Made by a program: the position numbers and the translations under genes
Virus record (IMG/VR): IMGVR_UViG_3300047160_000980
Location: 5,947-69,946 of that record
DNA: 64,000 nucleotides
Source of the DNA: a virus
Lineage: Duplodnaviria; Caudoviricetes
Reading direction: 5' to 3' (one strand)
Notes under the pieces: generated by a model
Told to the model about the DNA's origin: nothing
The model's input: only the letters and a program-made list of their open reading frames with translations
Databases searched by the model: none
Part shown: in pieces, positions 45,183 through 55,548 of the stretch
Position numbering within the stretch: the first letter of the stretch is position 1
Layout: each line of letters opens with the position of its first letter

Positions 45183-45851
45183 CTACTCCTTGTATTCGGG
45201 TATTGTGTGTTTAATCTTGATATCAGGAAGCCACAACCAAGTACGCTTCAAAAATCTTCGCAATACAGGGTTGTTCATGTCTTTCCCAAATGTCACCCAA
45301 TAATTCCTCAATGTAGGTAAACACATTCGATAATTAGGAATCTTGAAATACAAATGCAGAAGCTTCTTGTAGTCCACTCCGGGATAGTAATATTTCATTT
45401 CCATTGCAAGATCGTGAGCCTGAGCCTCTATCTCGTCAAAGTTACCTAGGTATTCTTGGCGTGTGGCTTTCAATCCTGATGCCGTTGCCTTGAAAGCTTT
45501 AGGTGTGTAGGTATCAGGATCGCGATGGACCCATTGATACTTGTGGATCAATTCATGCTGACAGGTACAGTTGATATCGAAAAAGAATTGAGACAACCAA
45601 TTATCTTCGGAGAGGGGATTCGATGCAGCAAGATTTTTGGCACTAAAGATAACGAAGGTTCGATTCGACTTCGGGTCATAACTGCCTGTCACAACCCAAC
45701 GTTTGGTGAATCCTTTATCCACTTTGACGTTGATCGAAAATGGCTTCAAGGCTTTTTGAAGTATCTCAACATGATCCTCTATCACAACCGTTGAGGTCAG
45801 TTTATCCTTTTGACGCCATAATGCGCCTTCGATTTTTTCTTGAAGATACAT
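45183..45851 (-). CDS. HExxH metallopeptidase-like protein
   Basis: QHELIHKYQ...YLGNFDEIEAQAH. Confidence 0.65.
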   Translation of the reverse strand: MYLQEKIEGALWRQKDKLTSTVVIEDHVEILQKALKPFSINVKVDKGFTKRWVVTGSYDPKSNRTFVIFSAKNLAASNPLSEDNWLSQFFFDINCTCQHELIHKYQWVHRDPDTYTPKAFKATASGLKATRQEYLGNFDEIEAQAHDLAMEMKYYYPGVDYKKLLHLYFKIPNYRMCLPTLRNYWVTFGKDMNNPVLRRFLKRTWLWLPDIKIKHTIPEYKE

Positions 45852-45852
45852 T

Positions 45853-47256
45853 TCAAACCTTTATGCCTGATGTGTCAGGTCTTGTTCTGGTACTTCTGAA
45901 AAATTCATCGGTTACAGCCTGTGCCGATTTACCTGATTCGGCGGCAATGACCACAGACTGACCAACCAATTGTGCATTGCTTTCTACGTCATAGTATCTT
46001 TGCTTCTCTGGATCGACTCCAACGACGAATCGTTTCTTATGATTCGGATTTCCATATCGGCTTTTCAATTGCTTAATCATTTGTTGATTCAACTTCTGCA
46101 ATTCTTCCGAAGCAATCAGGGCAATGAAAAAGTCTGCCGTAGAAGGAAGACCCCAGGATTCTGACGTGTCGTCAATATCCATGTCGGTGTTAGAATATCC
46201 ACCACGATTGACTTGGGTTGCCGACACAATAGGGACATTATTCGTCACAGCCAACCCTCTTACTTCCTCGGCAATAGCCTTGACGTATGTATAGCTATCC
46301 GTCCCTACCTTAAATCTCTGTGAACAAAAGATATTTAGATAATCCAAGAAGATAATATCGGGTGTAAACCCCTTCTTGATCTTTAGTTCAGCAAGCAACC
46401 CTTGAATGTGCCCCACATGTGCGGTTGCCGTGGCATATTCCTTGACGAACAAACGACCCTTAGTTTTACTTTGAATCGTTTGAATCTTGCTCATGAACAT
46501 TTCGCGACCGTAGTTAACTAGATCGCTGATCGAAACGTTAAGTATGTTAGCATCTAATCTTTCGCCGATTCTCTCTTCGGCCATTTCTGCCGACACATAT
46601 AGAACGTTGAATCCCTGCAAAACCAGGAACGCAGCCCAATCGGTCATCATCATACTTTTTCCAACATTTGTCCCCGCCATGATGATGTTCAGGGTTTTCT
46701 TTGCGACACCACCATGCGTCACCTCGTTCAGAAGTTTAATCTTGAATGGGATACGTTGTTCTGTGTTGTGGTAAAAATCGTATCGTTCTTCGGCCTCGGC
46801 AAAGTATTCATGACCTACCGAATTGTCGAAACCGACATTCAAGGCATCCTGGAGAATCTGTGGTAAAGAATCCTTTGAATGTTTCTTATCGTTACCCTCA
46901 ATAATGTCAATCGACTGAATGATCGCGTTATTGATCGCCCGATCCTTACAGAACAATTCTGTTTGATCGACCAACCAATCATCGGTTTCTACTATGTCTA
47001 ATTTCGAAACTACGTCCTGTGCCGTTGAATATAGAGCCTCGGGGATTGTCTTGTCGTTCCTGACTGCAACAGACAATGCATCCTTTGGCGGAACCTTACT
47101 GTACTTCTCGAAAATGTCGGCAATCTTTTTATAGAGAATTCCTTCGATCGGATCTTCAAAATATTCTGCCTTAACAAAGGGCAGGACTTTGCGGGCATAC
47201 TTCTCGTCCGAGATTAACCCTCTGATAATTAACCGACTGATTTTTTGTTCTGTCAT
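45853..47256 (-). CDS. gp41: Replicative DNA helicase (T4 gp41)
   Basis: AGTNVGKS Walker A, EMAEERI.ERLDAN, IFLDYLNI, SATQVNR, ESWGLP.TAD, KQLKSRY. Confidence 0.95.
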   Translation of the reverse strand: MTEQKISRLIIRGLISDEKYARKVLPFVKAEYFEDPIEGILYKKIADIFEKYSKVPPKDALSVAVRNDKTIPEALYSTAQDVVSKLDIVETDDWLVDQTELFCKDRAINNAIIQSIDIIEGNDKKHSKDSLPQILQDALNVGFDNSVGHEYFAEAEERYDFYHNTEQRIPFKIKLLNEVTHGGVAKKTLNIIMAGTNVGKSMMMTDWAAFLVLQGFNVLYVSAEMAEERIGERLDANILNVSISDLVNYGREMFMSKIQTIQSKTKGRLFVKEYATATAHVGHIQGLLAELKIKKGFTPDIIFLDYLNIFCSQRFKVGTDSYTYVKAIAEEVRGLAVTNNVPIVSATQVNRGGYSNTDMDIDDTSESWGLPSTADFFIALIASEELQKLNQQMIKQLKSRYGNPNHKKRFVVGVDPEKQRYYDVESNAQLVGQSVVIAAESGKSAQAVTDEFFRSTRTRPDTSGIKV

Positions 47257-47259
47257 GTT

Positions 47260-47739
47260 CTAAACAGTGCCTGTTCGAATTGTTTCGTCACCGCTAACAG
47301 ATTTGACGTCGAAGCGTTCTTTCATCAAAAACAACAAGATGTGTCCAAGAATGCTCATTAGCTCCTTGTTGTCTTTATCTAAATTTATCGATTGTTCAAA
47401 GGCAAGATGCTTTTCGGAATCCTTGTCAACAATATAATCAAAATGTAGACGATACCTGTCATCAGAGGTGCGTTCGACTTTTGGTAATACATACTCAATC
47501 AACAACCCACTATATTTACCATCCGTTATTTTGACAATCCATGTTCGTTTGTCTTTAATAAAATAACTCTTAAAACTGACAGTTTTTAATTCTTCCATCA
47601 TTGCGATGCTTTCGTGTCTATGCGGATCAACCTCGAAACTTGGAACTCGAAGTGGATGGGGGATTTTTACAATTGCCGAAAGAGTAATCGGTACGGAATC
47701 TTCAAGATTATCAAGTCCGACCCATTGAGTAGTATACAT
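47260..47739 (-). CDS. Hypothetical protein (at the syntenic position of T4 gp40)
   Basis: Lies between uvsX and gp41; no diagnostic motif. Confidence 0.5.
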   Translation of the reverse strand: MYTTQWVGLDNLEDSVPITLSAIVKIPHPLRVPSFEVDPHRHESIAMMEELKTVSFKSYFIKDKRTWIVKITDGKYSGLLIEYVLPKVERTSDDRYRLHFDYIVDKDSEKHLAFEQSINLDKDNKELMSILGHILLFLMKERFDVKSVSGDETIRTGTV

Positions 47740-48818
47740 CAGTCAACCTCTTCTTCACCGATCATCAAAGGTGACGGTGTTTCAAGTTTGTATTTTCGTT
47801 CAATAGCCTGATGAAACGTTTTGTCTTGCAAAACTGACTTCCAAAATTCCAACGTGTCTGTGTCGTCCCGCTTTGTCTCAGGACCCATTTCACCGGTCGA
47901 ACCATTCACTGTTGCATAAGTCTCGGGTTTTTGTTTGGTGCGCTTAATGTGTCCGGTTTCCTGAGCAACATCCAGCAGCCCGGACCACGGAGAGATTCCC
48001 TTTTCGAAATCCACTGAAATCAGAATCTTGCTTTTCTCTCGCACGAATCTGGATTTTTCAACATTGATTACAAAGTTGTAACCAGACACCTTTCCGTCTT
48101 CCTTTTCTTGCTGACGCCCAAGAATCCAAACCGTGTTTGACGAATACATCGGCCCAGTTCCACCACTCATAATATCACGTGGGAACAACGATTGTTCCTT
48201 GTATGTGTGATTGACAATGAACATCGGGATGTTCTTTAGTGTCAAATGTGGGGTCACCATTCGGAACAAAGATTTCAATTGCTTTGCCCGAGTCATGTCC
48301 GCTTTTGAACTTCCTTCTAGGGCATCTTCAACTTCCTTGCGTGAAGCAAGATTACCAATCGAATCGATCACAATGATGATTCGGTCATCACGTTCTAGGT
48401 TGTGTAATTGCTGAACAATGTCGTGTTTCAATTCCTCGATATCGGTCACAGGTGTGTGAACGATTCGATTCATATCAATGCCGAACGTCTTCCAATAATT
48501 CTTGGGTGTTCCGAATTCCGAATCATAAAACAGACCTACCGATTCAGGATACTTGTCGAAGTATGCCTTAATGAACGTCAGAGCAAATCCTGATTTGAAA
48601 TGCTTCGAAGGACCTGCCAATGCAGTCACCCCAGGTGTGAATCCACCCGTTAATGTACCTGACCAGGCAACGTTCAACATTGGAATCTGAGTCGGGATCA
48701 TGTCCTTGTCAGTGAATACTTTCGATTCCGAAAGCGTGGCTGTAGCATCGATTGTCGAGTTGCCTCGAATCTTTTCTAGTAAAGCCGATGGAGTTTTCTT
48801 TGCCATATTTCCTCTCAA
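47739..48818 (-). CDS. uvsX: RecA-like recombinase UvsX
   Basis: AGPSKHFKS, YDSEFG, IDSIGNLAS, ADMTRAKQLKSLFR, GGTG. Confidence 0.95.
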   Translation of the reverse strand: MRGNMAKKTPSALLEKIRGNSTIDATATLSESKVFTDKDMIPTQIPMLNVAWSGTLTGGFTPGVTALAGPSKHFKSGFALTFIKAYFDKYPESVGLFYDSEFGTPKNYWKTFGIDMNRIVHTPVTDIEELKHDIVQQLHNLERDDRIIIVIDSIGNLASRKEVEDALEGSSKADMTRAKQLKSLFRMVTPHLTLKNIPMFIVNHTYKEQSLFPRDIMSGGTGPMYSSNTVWILGRQQEKEDGKVSGYNFVINVEKSRFVREKSKILISVDFEKGISPWSGLLDVAQETGHIKRTKQKPETYATVNGSTGEMGPETKRDDTDTLEFWKSVLQDKTFHQAIERKYKLETPSPLMIGEEEVD

Positions 48819-51322
48819 TCAAACAATGAATCAATCTTGTTGATTCGTTCCGTTGTCCAACCGAAGCAATCCAAGATAGAAGTTAAAGGTTCAATGAATG
48901 TCTTATTGAACATTGTATCGTAATCCGCGTATTTGTGCAAATCGAATTCCCTCGGTAAATCATTCAGAAATCCGATTGTGTTGGATCCGATTGTGTTGGG
49001 TTGCTTTAAATACAGATACTTAATCTTGTCACCCTCGTTAATGTACCGGTAAATCTTTGACAGTTCTTTTTTCTTTAGGATATGATTGTACATCAGGGCT
49101 GCCCGTACCTGCATCGGTGTCGCCTTAGAGTAGATATTCTCCGAATCATAATACTTGTCTAGATTGCTGATCGATCTAGGGAACGAAATATTCTCTACTG
49201 ATTCGGCATTGAATTCCTTCCGTTTTGCAATTACCAATTCCCAAAGCTTTTCTTCGTTGTCATCCAGAATGACTTCGATGGCCTCTTGTAGATATTTTCT
49301 CACGACACCGGGTGTGGATGATCTGACAACTTCAAGACCCGTGACTTTCACATCAGGTTCTTTGAACCTGACACCTTCAGAATCCCACACTCGGACAGCA
49401 TAGCGTTTCTTTGCTGTCCAGAAAGCCGCATCACTGATTCCTTCGCGCTTGAACGAAACGGCATTTCGAAATGCATTACTTTTCTTGGCAACTTCCTCAC
49501 AGGTCTGATCCAATAATTGTTGGAGTTTTTCCTTACAGACCTTGTCCAGAAAATTCACTATCTTGACTGGATCGACATATTCAGGAAAGACAGTCTGAAC
49601 TAAATCGTCCAGCGTGATATACAACGAATCTGTGTCGCAGGCAATCACATAGACTTTGGGTGTAGGATTTTTCATCAGTCTATTCAAATAATCATTCACC
49701 TTGCTTTCCATTATCTGAACAATCTCCTGCCCCGAAACCGTGATGGCTTCGGCAATTCTAACTGAAAAGAATCGGAAGTAACCTGATCCCGCGGCACCAT
49801 ACAAAGAGTTGAGCGAAATCTTTCTGGCCTTTTGATAGACATTGTACCGAGACATTTCCTCGACATACTTTTCGTCTTTTGATTCCTCGTACAATTTCTT
49901 GGTTTCGAGATACTTCTTTTTGTACTTCTGTCTGTCGGTAAAGAATCGCTGCACAAGTTCCGGGAACGTTCCAAGCTTATCGTTCTTGAAATACGTACCA
50001 TTCGCAGCCAATCCATAACCTTCACGTTGAAACTTAGGTTCGATAAAACCCATTTCCATTACTTGGAATTCTTTTCTGTCTTCCTTTGGATCACACATTG
50101 TCTCCGGGGAAACATTGTATTGCAACATCAATGATGGATACAGTGACGTGGCATCGAATGAAATCACCCACTTGTACTTGCCGACTTTCGGGTCCTTGAC
50201 ATAGGCTCCACGAAATGCCGCATCCTTGCTTTGAAAATTCTTTTGTGGAACGACTTGCTTCTTTGCTTTCAGGTGATTGCAAATCAACGTGTCCCAAAAC
50301 TTAACCTGAGAATACACATCCTCATAATTGATCTTGGCGTCATAGGCCAGTGTCGCACACAATTCAATCAGACACAATTTCTTTTCTAGACGATAAACTA
50401 GCCAGGCGTCACGGGCATTATACTCCATGAAACGCTGATGGTCCTTAACGTACAAATCGTGCAGTGTTTTATGTGGAGCGAACGAAAGTTTCTTTTCACC
50501 TAATTCAACAGACGAAATGAAATCAAGTCCATAGGACTCTCTCGCAACATAGGTAAATTTTCGATACAGTTCGTAATAGTCTAGAATCGAAATGCCATGC
50601 AACGTATAGGCACGTTGTTCCTTACCAAACTTCTCATACACATCCTCTTCGAGGCCCCAAACCGAAAGCTTCTCGGCTTCTACTTCTCCGAGAACATTTT
50701 TGATTCGATTGACCAGATAAGGAATGTCATAACCTCGAATGTTCCACCCACTAACAATATCCAATTTCATTTCGCGCCAGAGTTTCACAAATCGCAGCAG
50801 GAGTTCTTCTTCATCCTCGCATTTGTGATATTGGCATCCTTCGAAAGGAGAGGTGAATTCGTGCAGTCCAAACACATGAGAGATTTTTGTATTCTTATCG
50901 AGTAAGGTGATTGCGGTGACTTCGGCATCTGCCGTTTCAGGCTTAGGAAATCCGTTGCCCGAATCGACTTCAATGTCCAGAAATCCGACTCGAATCAGGT
51001 TGAAATCCCAAGCAATAGTTTCCTCAGGATATTCATCCGAAAGATAACAATACAGGTATTGGGTAGAACCGTAGATGGGACAGTTATCAATTTCCCGATA
51101 TTCAGACATGAAATCTCGGGCTTCCGAAACTGTCTCGAAAAAAACAGGAGAGACTGGTTCACCATATATGGTTGTCCAGTCACTAGACTTGTCGTCTTTG
51201 GAACTTACATACAGAGTTGGAGAATATGCTTCTTTCTTTTCAAAGGGAACTCCGTTATCATAACCCCTAGAAAAAATCTTACCGTTCTTACGGAGAACTG
51301 CATTCGTATAGAATTTCATCAA
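48815..51322 (-). CDS. gp43: Family B DNA polymerase (T4 gp43)
   Basis: LDIEVD, GWNIRGYD, SFDATSLYPS, KISLNSLYG, CDTDS, KKRYA. Confidence 0.97.
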   Translation of the reverse strand: MMKFYTNAVLRKNGKIFSRGYDNGVPFEKKEAYSPTLYVSSKDDKSSDWTTIYGEPVSPVFFETVSEARDFMSEYREIDNCPIYGSTQYLYCYLSDEYPEETIAWDFNLIRVGFLDIEVDSGNGFPKPETADAEVTAITLLDKNTKISHVFGLHEFTSPFEGCQYHKCEDEEELLLRFVKLWREMKLDIVSGWNIRGYDIPYLVNRIKNVLGEVEAEKLSVWGLEEDVYEKFGKEQRAYTLHGISILDYYELYRKFTYVARESYGLDFISSVELGEKKLSFAPHKTLHDLYVKDHQRFMEYNARDAWLVYRLEKKLCLIELCATLAYDAKINYEDVYSQVKFWDTLICNHLKAKKQVVPQKNFQSKDAAFRGAYVKDPKVGKYKWVISFDATSLYPSLMLQYNVSPETMCDPKEDRKEFQVMEMGFIEPKFQREGYGLAANGTYFKNDKLGTFPELVQRFFTDRQKYKKKYLETKKLYEESKDEKYVEEMSRYNVYQKARKISLNSLYGAAGSGYFRFFSVRIAEAITVSGQEIVQIMESKVNDYLNRLMKNPTPKVYVIACDTDSLYITLDDLVQTVFPEYVDPVKIVNFLDKVCKEKLQQLLDQTCEEVAKKSNAFRNAVSFKREGISDAAFWTAKKRYAVRVWDSEGVRFKEPDVKVTGLEVVRSSTPGVVRKYLQEAIEVILDDNEEKLWELVIAKRKEFNAESVENISFPRSISNLDKYYDSENIYSKATPMQVRAALMYNHILKKKELSKIYRYINEGDKIKYLYLKQPNTIGSNTIGFLNDLPREFDLHKYADYDTMFNKTFIEPLTSILDCFGWTTERINKIDSLFD

Positions 51323-51342
51323 GTACCTTCACGTTGTTCATA

Positions 51343-51894
51343 TTATATAGACTTGCTATTCGTTTCGGGCTCAATTGTATTTGGAATCGAAACAACTTCA
51401 CTCTTCGGTTGATCCTGAATTTCTGTGTATGTCAAAAGCAACTTCTCAGATTTGGAACAATCAACCACATGAATCGGTGCGGCTGAATTAATATCCAACT
51501 TTACTGCACGTAGCATTGCCTCATGAATCGGCATGCCTAATGCCAGATAAGCCAGAACCAAATCACCACCCGTTCCACATGTAAAGAATTTTGATTCGAT
51601 CGGAAAGGGCAACAAAGAATCAAGCAAACCATACGGTGTGCCTTTCCACCAAATGAAAGCACGAAGGTCTTTCATCTTGGGTTTGTCTTCAAGGAAATAC
51701 AACTCCTTGATGTTGGTTATTTTTGCCAATTGCAAACGCAACCATTCACCTTCGCCGGCGTCGCCTGCCGTTGCAACAATTACACCCTTCTTAGGAAACA
51801 AAATCTTCTGACAATATCCTGGGTAATCGTTGACAGTTATTCGAGTATCGGCCGCGAGCAATTTTGTTTCGTGACAATATGCTATGGTGGTCAT
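51343..51894 (-). CDS. Ntn-hydrolase / proteasome-beta (HslV-like) subunit
   Basis: MTTIAY...LAADTRIT, AGD, CGTGG, A..LDINS; N-terminal Thr exposed after Met removal. Confidence 0.7.
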   Translation of the reverse strand: MTTIAYCHETKLLAADTRITVNDYPGYCQKILFPKKGVIVATAGDAGEGEWLRLQLAKITNIKELYFLEDKPKMKDLRAFIWWKGTPYGLLDSLLPFPIESKFFTCGTGGDLVLAYLALGMPIHEAMLRAVKLDINSAAPIHVVDCSKSEKLLLTYTEIQDQPKSEVVSIPNTIEPETNSKSI

Positions 51895-52070
51895 TTTAAT
51901 CCTCGTTGCTATCTTTACCTTTGCCCCTAGCACGTTTTAGTTTTGTTTCATGCTCATGCTTATGAGCCTTATAATACAGGTCTTTGTACATCTTTTGTTT
52001 ATCATGTGGTGCCATGATAATGATTCGCTTCAATGCCTTTGGCATTTGAAGTATGAATTTCTTTTCCATG

Positions 52071-52397
52071 TTACTTCTTGAAAGGAACAACATTCGATGG
52101 AACGTCTCCTGCCTTTGCAAGCACGATGCCACCAAACAGAGATTTGTATTGATTGGCCATATCCGAAACAGGAGCGGCCATGTAGACAATCGTGTTTATG
52201 TTGAAATCGATTTCCTTGTCCTCAGTGAAAGGACAGATCGGACGAAATTGAACACTGACGTTTTGTTCGTCAACTTGCGCCAACAAAACAACAACAGGAT
52301 TCTTTAGTCTCAAAGTATCCTTCTTGGTTTTCACCTCACCCATATTTTCTGCCAGAACTATTTCACCCGACAGAAATTTCACCAGAATCAAATCCAT
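52071..52397 (-). CDS. Conserved T4-like hypothetical protein (Sm-like beta fold candidate)
   Basis: LVKFLSGEIVLAE...LKNP...PF...Y..LFGGIV. Confidence 0.65.
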   Translation of the reverse strand: MDLILVKFLSGEIVLAENMGEVKTKKDTLRLKNPVVVLLAQVDEQNVSVQFRPICPFTEDKEIDFNINTIVYMAAPVSDMANQYKSLFGGIVLAKAGDVPSNVVPFKK

Positions 52398-52398
52398 A

Positions 52399-52860
52399 TT
52401 ATTCTCCTTCGGAACTATAGCGTCCCTTCTTACCAATTGTGTATTTTGTTACTAATGTCCAATTCGATTTGTCTTTGTGCGCAATGATCTTGATTAGACG
52501 AATCGGAGCCAGATCATTCAGAACGGTTTCAGGATCAAGTAGCGTCACCAAACCCCAGTCAGCCAAAAGCTTTGCAATCGTGTTGCGGCGTTGCATATCC
52601 TTGTCGTCAAAATTTGTCATCTTACCATCAAGCGAAAAAAGTTCTTTGAAATGGCAAAGATAGTAACGACCTTGCTTGTGAAGGATGTGGCAGGACTGAT
52701 AGAGAGTGTTATTCTTTTCGGAAGCAATCCCAATGCGCGTCAGGGTTTCTCTGACTTTCAGAAAATCATCGGGGGTGTTAAGCTTTACTTCGAGGGAGAA
52801 GTATTGAGGTAGGTCTTCGAACGTTAAGCCCAAAGCATTATTGTTTTTCATTTCGGCCAC
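52399..52860 (-). CDS. regA: Translational repressor RegA
   Basis: DDFLKVRETLTRIGIAS...LYQSCHILHKQGRYY..HFKELF.LDG. Confidence 0.97.
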   Translation of the reverse strand: MAEMKNNNALGLTFEDLPQYFSLEVKLNTPDDFLKVRETLTRIGIASEKNNTLYQSCHILHKQGRYYLCHFKELFSLDGKMTNFDDKDMQRRNTIAKLLADWGLVTLLDPETVLNDLAPIRLIKIIAHKDKSNWTLVTKYTIGKKGRYSSEGE

Positions 52861-53230
52861 CCTTGTATAGTTTTTCTTTTATGTACTCCAGTTGCTCAGG
52901 TGACAGAATTGCTAATGCTTCGATGGCTTTTTTCGTGCTGTAGCAATAATATTCTTTCACCAGATCCACGTCATCTTGCTTCTCGGCCTTGAACCACTTT
53001 GAACGTCGTTTCCTAGGCGCTAATGTATTTATGAGAAACAAAAATTGCATTCTCCGATCCATGAAATGGAGTTTATTCATTTCATTGGCGAAAGCTACAG
53101 AATCACGAAAATAACTCAACCCCCTATTGGTTAAAAATGCGTTGTACCCTCTCTCTCCTGCCTCGTCGGCAGTCAGGTCTTCTTTGGTTTCATTTATCGC
53201 GTTGAAATAATCGAAAGGATTTCCCGACAT
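52838..53230 (-). CDS. gp62: Clamp loader small subunit (gp62)
   Basis: NPFDY.NAIN..K, FLTNRGLSYF.D, ANEMN, RKRRSKW.K. Confidence 0.92.
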   Translation of the reverse strand: MSGNPFDYFNAINETKEDLTADEAGERGYNAFLTNRGLSYFRDSVAFANEMNKLHFMDRRMQFLFLINTLAPRKRRSKWFKAEKQDDVDLVKEYYCYSTKKAIEALAILSPEQLEYIKEKLYKGGRNEKQ

Positions 53231-53234
53231 GGCA

Positions 53235-54188
53235 TCACACGCCTTTGAACTCTATTCCGGCTGCCATGATTTCCGTACACATTGCAACCAGATTCAATTC
53301 CTGATCTGCAACGAACGGAACCTTGTATTGATACTCTCCCAGGATCAAAACAAGCTGAGGGATAGACTGCGGCTGTACGTTCTTGTTCATACTATCGAAC
53401 AGAGAACGAATTAACCGATTGGGATCATTGTCGCTGTTATGGGCGACCCACTTCCGCATTTCGGTGAAATCCTTTTCACGCAAGGTCTTGACCAAAGCCA
53501 GAATTGCCTCTTCCCCTAAGTCAATTAGGATACCTTCGTCGATTGTACCACTAGACGAATAGCGTTGGAGTTCATTCAGAATCCTACGATAATCCGGGAA
53601 GTATCTTGTGACTACCTTTGCCAGAATGTCTTTGGTGAAAGAGACTCCTTCTTCTTTCAAGATTTTCTGTGTCGCGTGAAAGAAGGCGGCAGCCATTTCG
53701 GCTTTCTCTTCCTTCGAAAGCCCAAATTCCACAACCGTGCATCTTGAATGTAGCGGCTGAATGATTCGATTCTTGAAATTGCAGGTCATGATGAACCTAC
53801 AATTCTTGGCAAATTCCTCAATCGCTCCGCGCAGAGCAGGTTGAGTAGAGTTTGGATTCAGATAATCCGCCTCGTCAAGAATCACCACCTTTGTCTTGCC
53901 AGCCAATGAAACTGACGATGCGAAATTCCGAATCTTGTTTCGTAGAATGTCGATGCCTGAATCTTCTGATGCATTGACTAACAGATAGTCACATTGCAAT
54001 TGTTCGCACAATGCACGCGCAACGGTCGTTTTACCCACACCTGCGGATCCAGCCAAAATCATGTTAGGGATTTCGTCTTGCGCAATGAAATCCTGAAATG
54101 GTTGTTTCAGACGCTTAGGTAAAATACAAGCATCGATGGTTTTGGGTCTGTACTTTTCAACCCAAAGAAATTGGTCACGTTGATTCAT
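53235..54188 (-). CDS. gp44: Clamp loader large subunit (gp44)
   Basis: LWVEKYRP, GSAGVGKTT, ILDEAD, LHSRC. Confidence 0.95.
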   Translation of the reverse strand: MNQRDQFLWVEKYRPKTIDACILPKRLKQPFQDFIAQDEIPNMILAGSAGVGKTTVARALCEQLQCDYLLVNASEDSGIDILRNKIRNFASSVSLAGKTKVVILDEADYLNPNSTQPALRGAIEEFAKNCRFIMTCNFKNRIIQPLHSRCTVVEFGLSKEEKAEMAAAFFHATQKILKEEGVSFTKDILAKVVTRYFPDYRRILNELQRYSSSGTIDEGILIDLGEEAILALVKTLREKDFTEMRKWVAHNSDNDPNRLIRSLFDSMNKNVQPQSIPQLVLILGEYQYKVPFVADQELNLVAMCTEIMAAGIEFKGV

Positions 54189-54203
54189 AATGTAGTTTGA
54201 TTC

Positions 54204-54878
54204 TTAAAGAGTGGAGTCGGCTTCGACTGTTGCGTAGTATTCCAGATCGGTGTCCTTTGCCGTGTTGACCCAATGCAGGACACCGATCGCACCCTTCCTG
54301 GCAACCTGACATTTGTAGGCACCCGGAAGCACCTTAAAATTCTCGGCGCGCAGAGCAACGTCAAAATCCTTTTTGCAGGCTTTCAAAGTTTTGCGATAGC
54401 TGTTGCTTGTGTCATTCTTGCGATCATGCACGCGCAATTCTACCGAACCCTTCTTTGACGTGACTGAAATTGTAGGTGCCGATAGAGCAGCCGTTACCTT
54501 CAGAATTTCATTCACATCATTTTCGGACATGTCCCATTCGAACAATGTTTCGTCGAGATTGATATCCTTTTCAGGCGGGGCCATGACAATCGATGGATCC
54601 GAATAGAAGTATGTGATTGCCGCATCACCATTCGAAATCACGACTTTCTTTTCTCCAAACTCCAGAGTCGGGTCCTTGAAAAAAGTCAGTGCCTGAATGA
54701 ATGCAGGCAAATCATAGATTGCCACTTCGACAGGAAATTCATCCTTCAATTTCGATGTGGCAAAAATATTCTTGGTAGGTGCGACTGTCTTGACAGTTTT
54801 ACCTGGAGCGATTTTCAGATTGACGTTGATTGAAGCAAAATTCTTCAACACCGCCAAGGTTTGTTCACTTAGTTTCAT
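54204..54878 (-). CDS. gp45: Sliding clamp (gp45)
   Basis: MKLSEQTLAVLKNFASIN, IYDL..F, ENFKVLPG.Y. Confidence 0.93.
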   Translation of the reverse strand: MKLSEQTLAVLKNFASINVNLKIAPGKTVKTVAPTKNIFATSKLKDEFPVEVAIYDLPAFIQALTFFKDPTLEFGEKKVVISNGDAAITYFYSDPSIVMAPPEKDINLDETLFEWDMSENDVNEILKVTAALSAPTISVTSKKGSVELRVHDRKNDTSNSYRKTLKACKKDFDVALRAENFKVLPGAYKCQVARKGAIGVLHWVNTAKDTDLEYYATVEADSTL

Positions 54879-55152
54879 CACGGGAATCCTCATTGTTAAG
54901 ATGCATCATTAGTATAGTATAATGTACGGCTTTTAGCAAGTCCTTGCGATTCTTGCCGCTCTTTTTACCATATCTAAGGAGATACTTAATCGCATTACAT
55001 TTGCAGAATGATTCTGCATCATCAGCCGCAATGAACAAGTCCATTGCCTGAATGTTGTTTTTACCGACATAGTGTTGCCCGTAAGTGGACAAAAGATAGT
55101 CGTGCAATTCGCTCAGAATTGCCTCTTCGTCATACTTAAATGGTTTGCTCAT
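54865..55152 (-). CDS. DUF3310 (SaV-like) protein
   Basis: HY...IQAMD...FC..NAIKY..RYGKK...DLLKA..Y. Confidence 0.8.
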   Translation of the reverse strand: MSKPFKYDEEAILSELHDYLLSTYGQHYVGKNNIQAMDLFIAADDAESFCKCNAIKYLLRYGKKSGKNRKDLLKAVHYTILMMHLNNEDSRDETK

Positions 55153-55173
55153 TTTTCACCTCTCCCAATTACG

Positions 55174-55199
55174 AAAAAGGAGACCGAAGTCTCCTTTTT
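55174..55199. terminator. Bidirectional intrinsic terminator
   Basis: AAAAAGGAGAC-CGAA-GTCTCCTTTTT. Confidence 0.85.
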
Positions 55200-55215
55200 A
55201 TCCTCACAACTCCGA

Positions 55216-55443
55216 TTACTGAAATGCAGACGCGCCCAATTTCTTGTAGGCGACGGCAATCATTTCGCGCGAAGGACGACCTAGACGGTATGTTCCACCG
55301 TTGTTGTAGATCGGATAGCCTTCGGTACGCAGTTCGGCGACCCGACCGGCCAGGCGACGAGCACCGAATCGGCTAAAAGCTTGCCTCTGCGTTAGAGTGT
55401 TTCCCTTAGCCAAAAAGGCCAGGATCTTTTCGTTTTGCGTCAT
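55216..55443 (-). CDS. Small winged-HTH protein
   Basis: MTQNEKILAFL..G.TLT...A..RFG..RLA.RV.ELR..GY.I. Confidence 0.75.
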   Translation of the reverse strand: MTQNEKILAFLAKGNTLTQRQAFSRFGARRLAGRVAELRTEGYPIYNNGGTYRLGRPSREMIAVAYKKLGASAFQ

Positions 55444-55548
55444 ACTAAGTTTCTCCTTATCCCCCTGCATCAAATGGTGACACCCCGGCCGCAGGGTACC
55501 TGCCGGGGTGTTGAAAGTTATGTTTGAAATTTGTTTAATACTTTATCC

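Noticed and set aside
17806-51322. Inteins, introns or homing endonucleases in nrdJ, gp41, uvsX or gp43
   Set aside because: Protein lengths are normal and no LAGLIDADG, HNH, GIY-YIG or intein splice motifs were seen.
51896-52189. 97-aa ORF overlapping the Sm-like gene
   Set aside because: The 5' half overlaps a better gene; only a short basic 3' peptide might be real, and evidence is insufficient.
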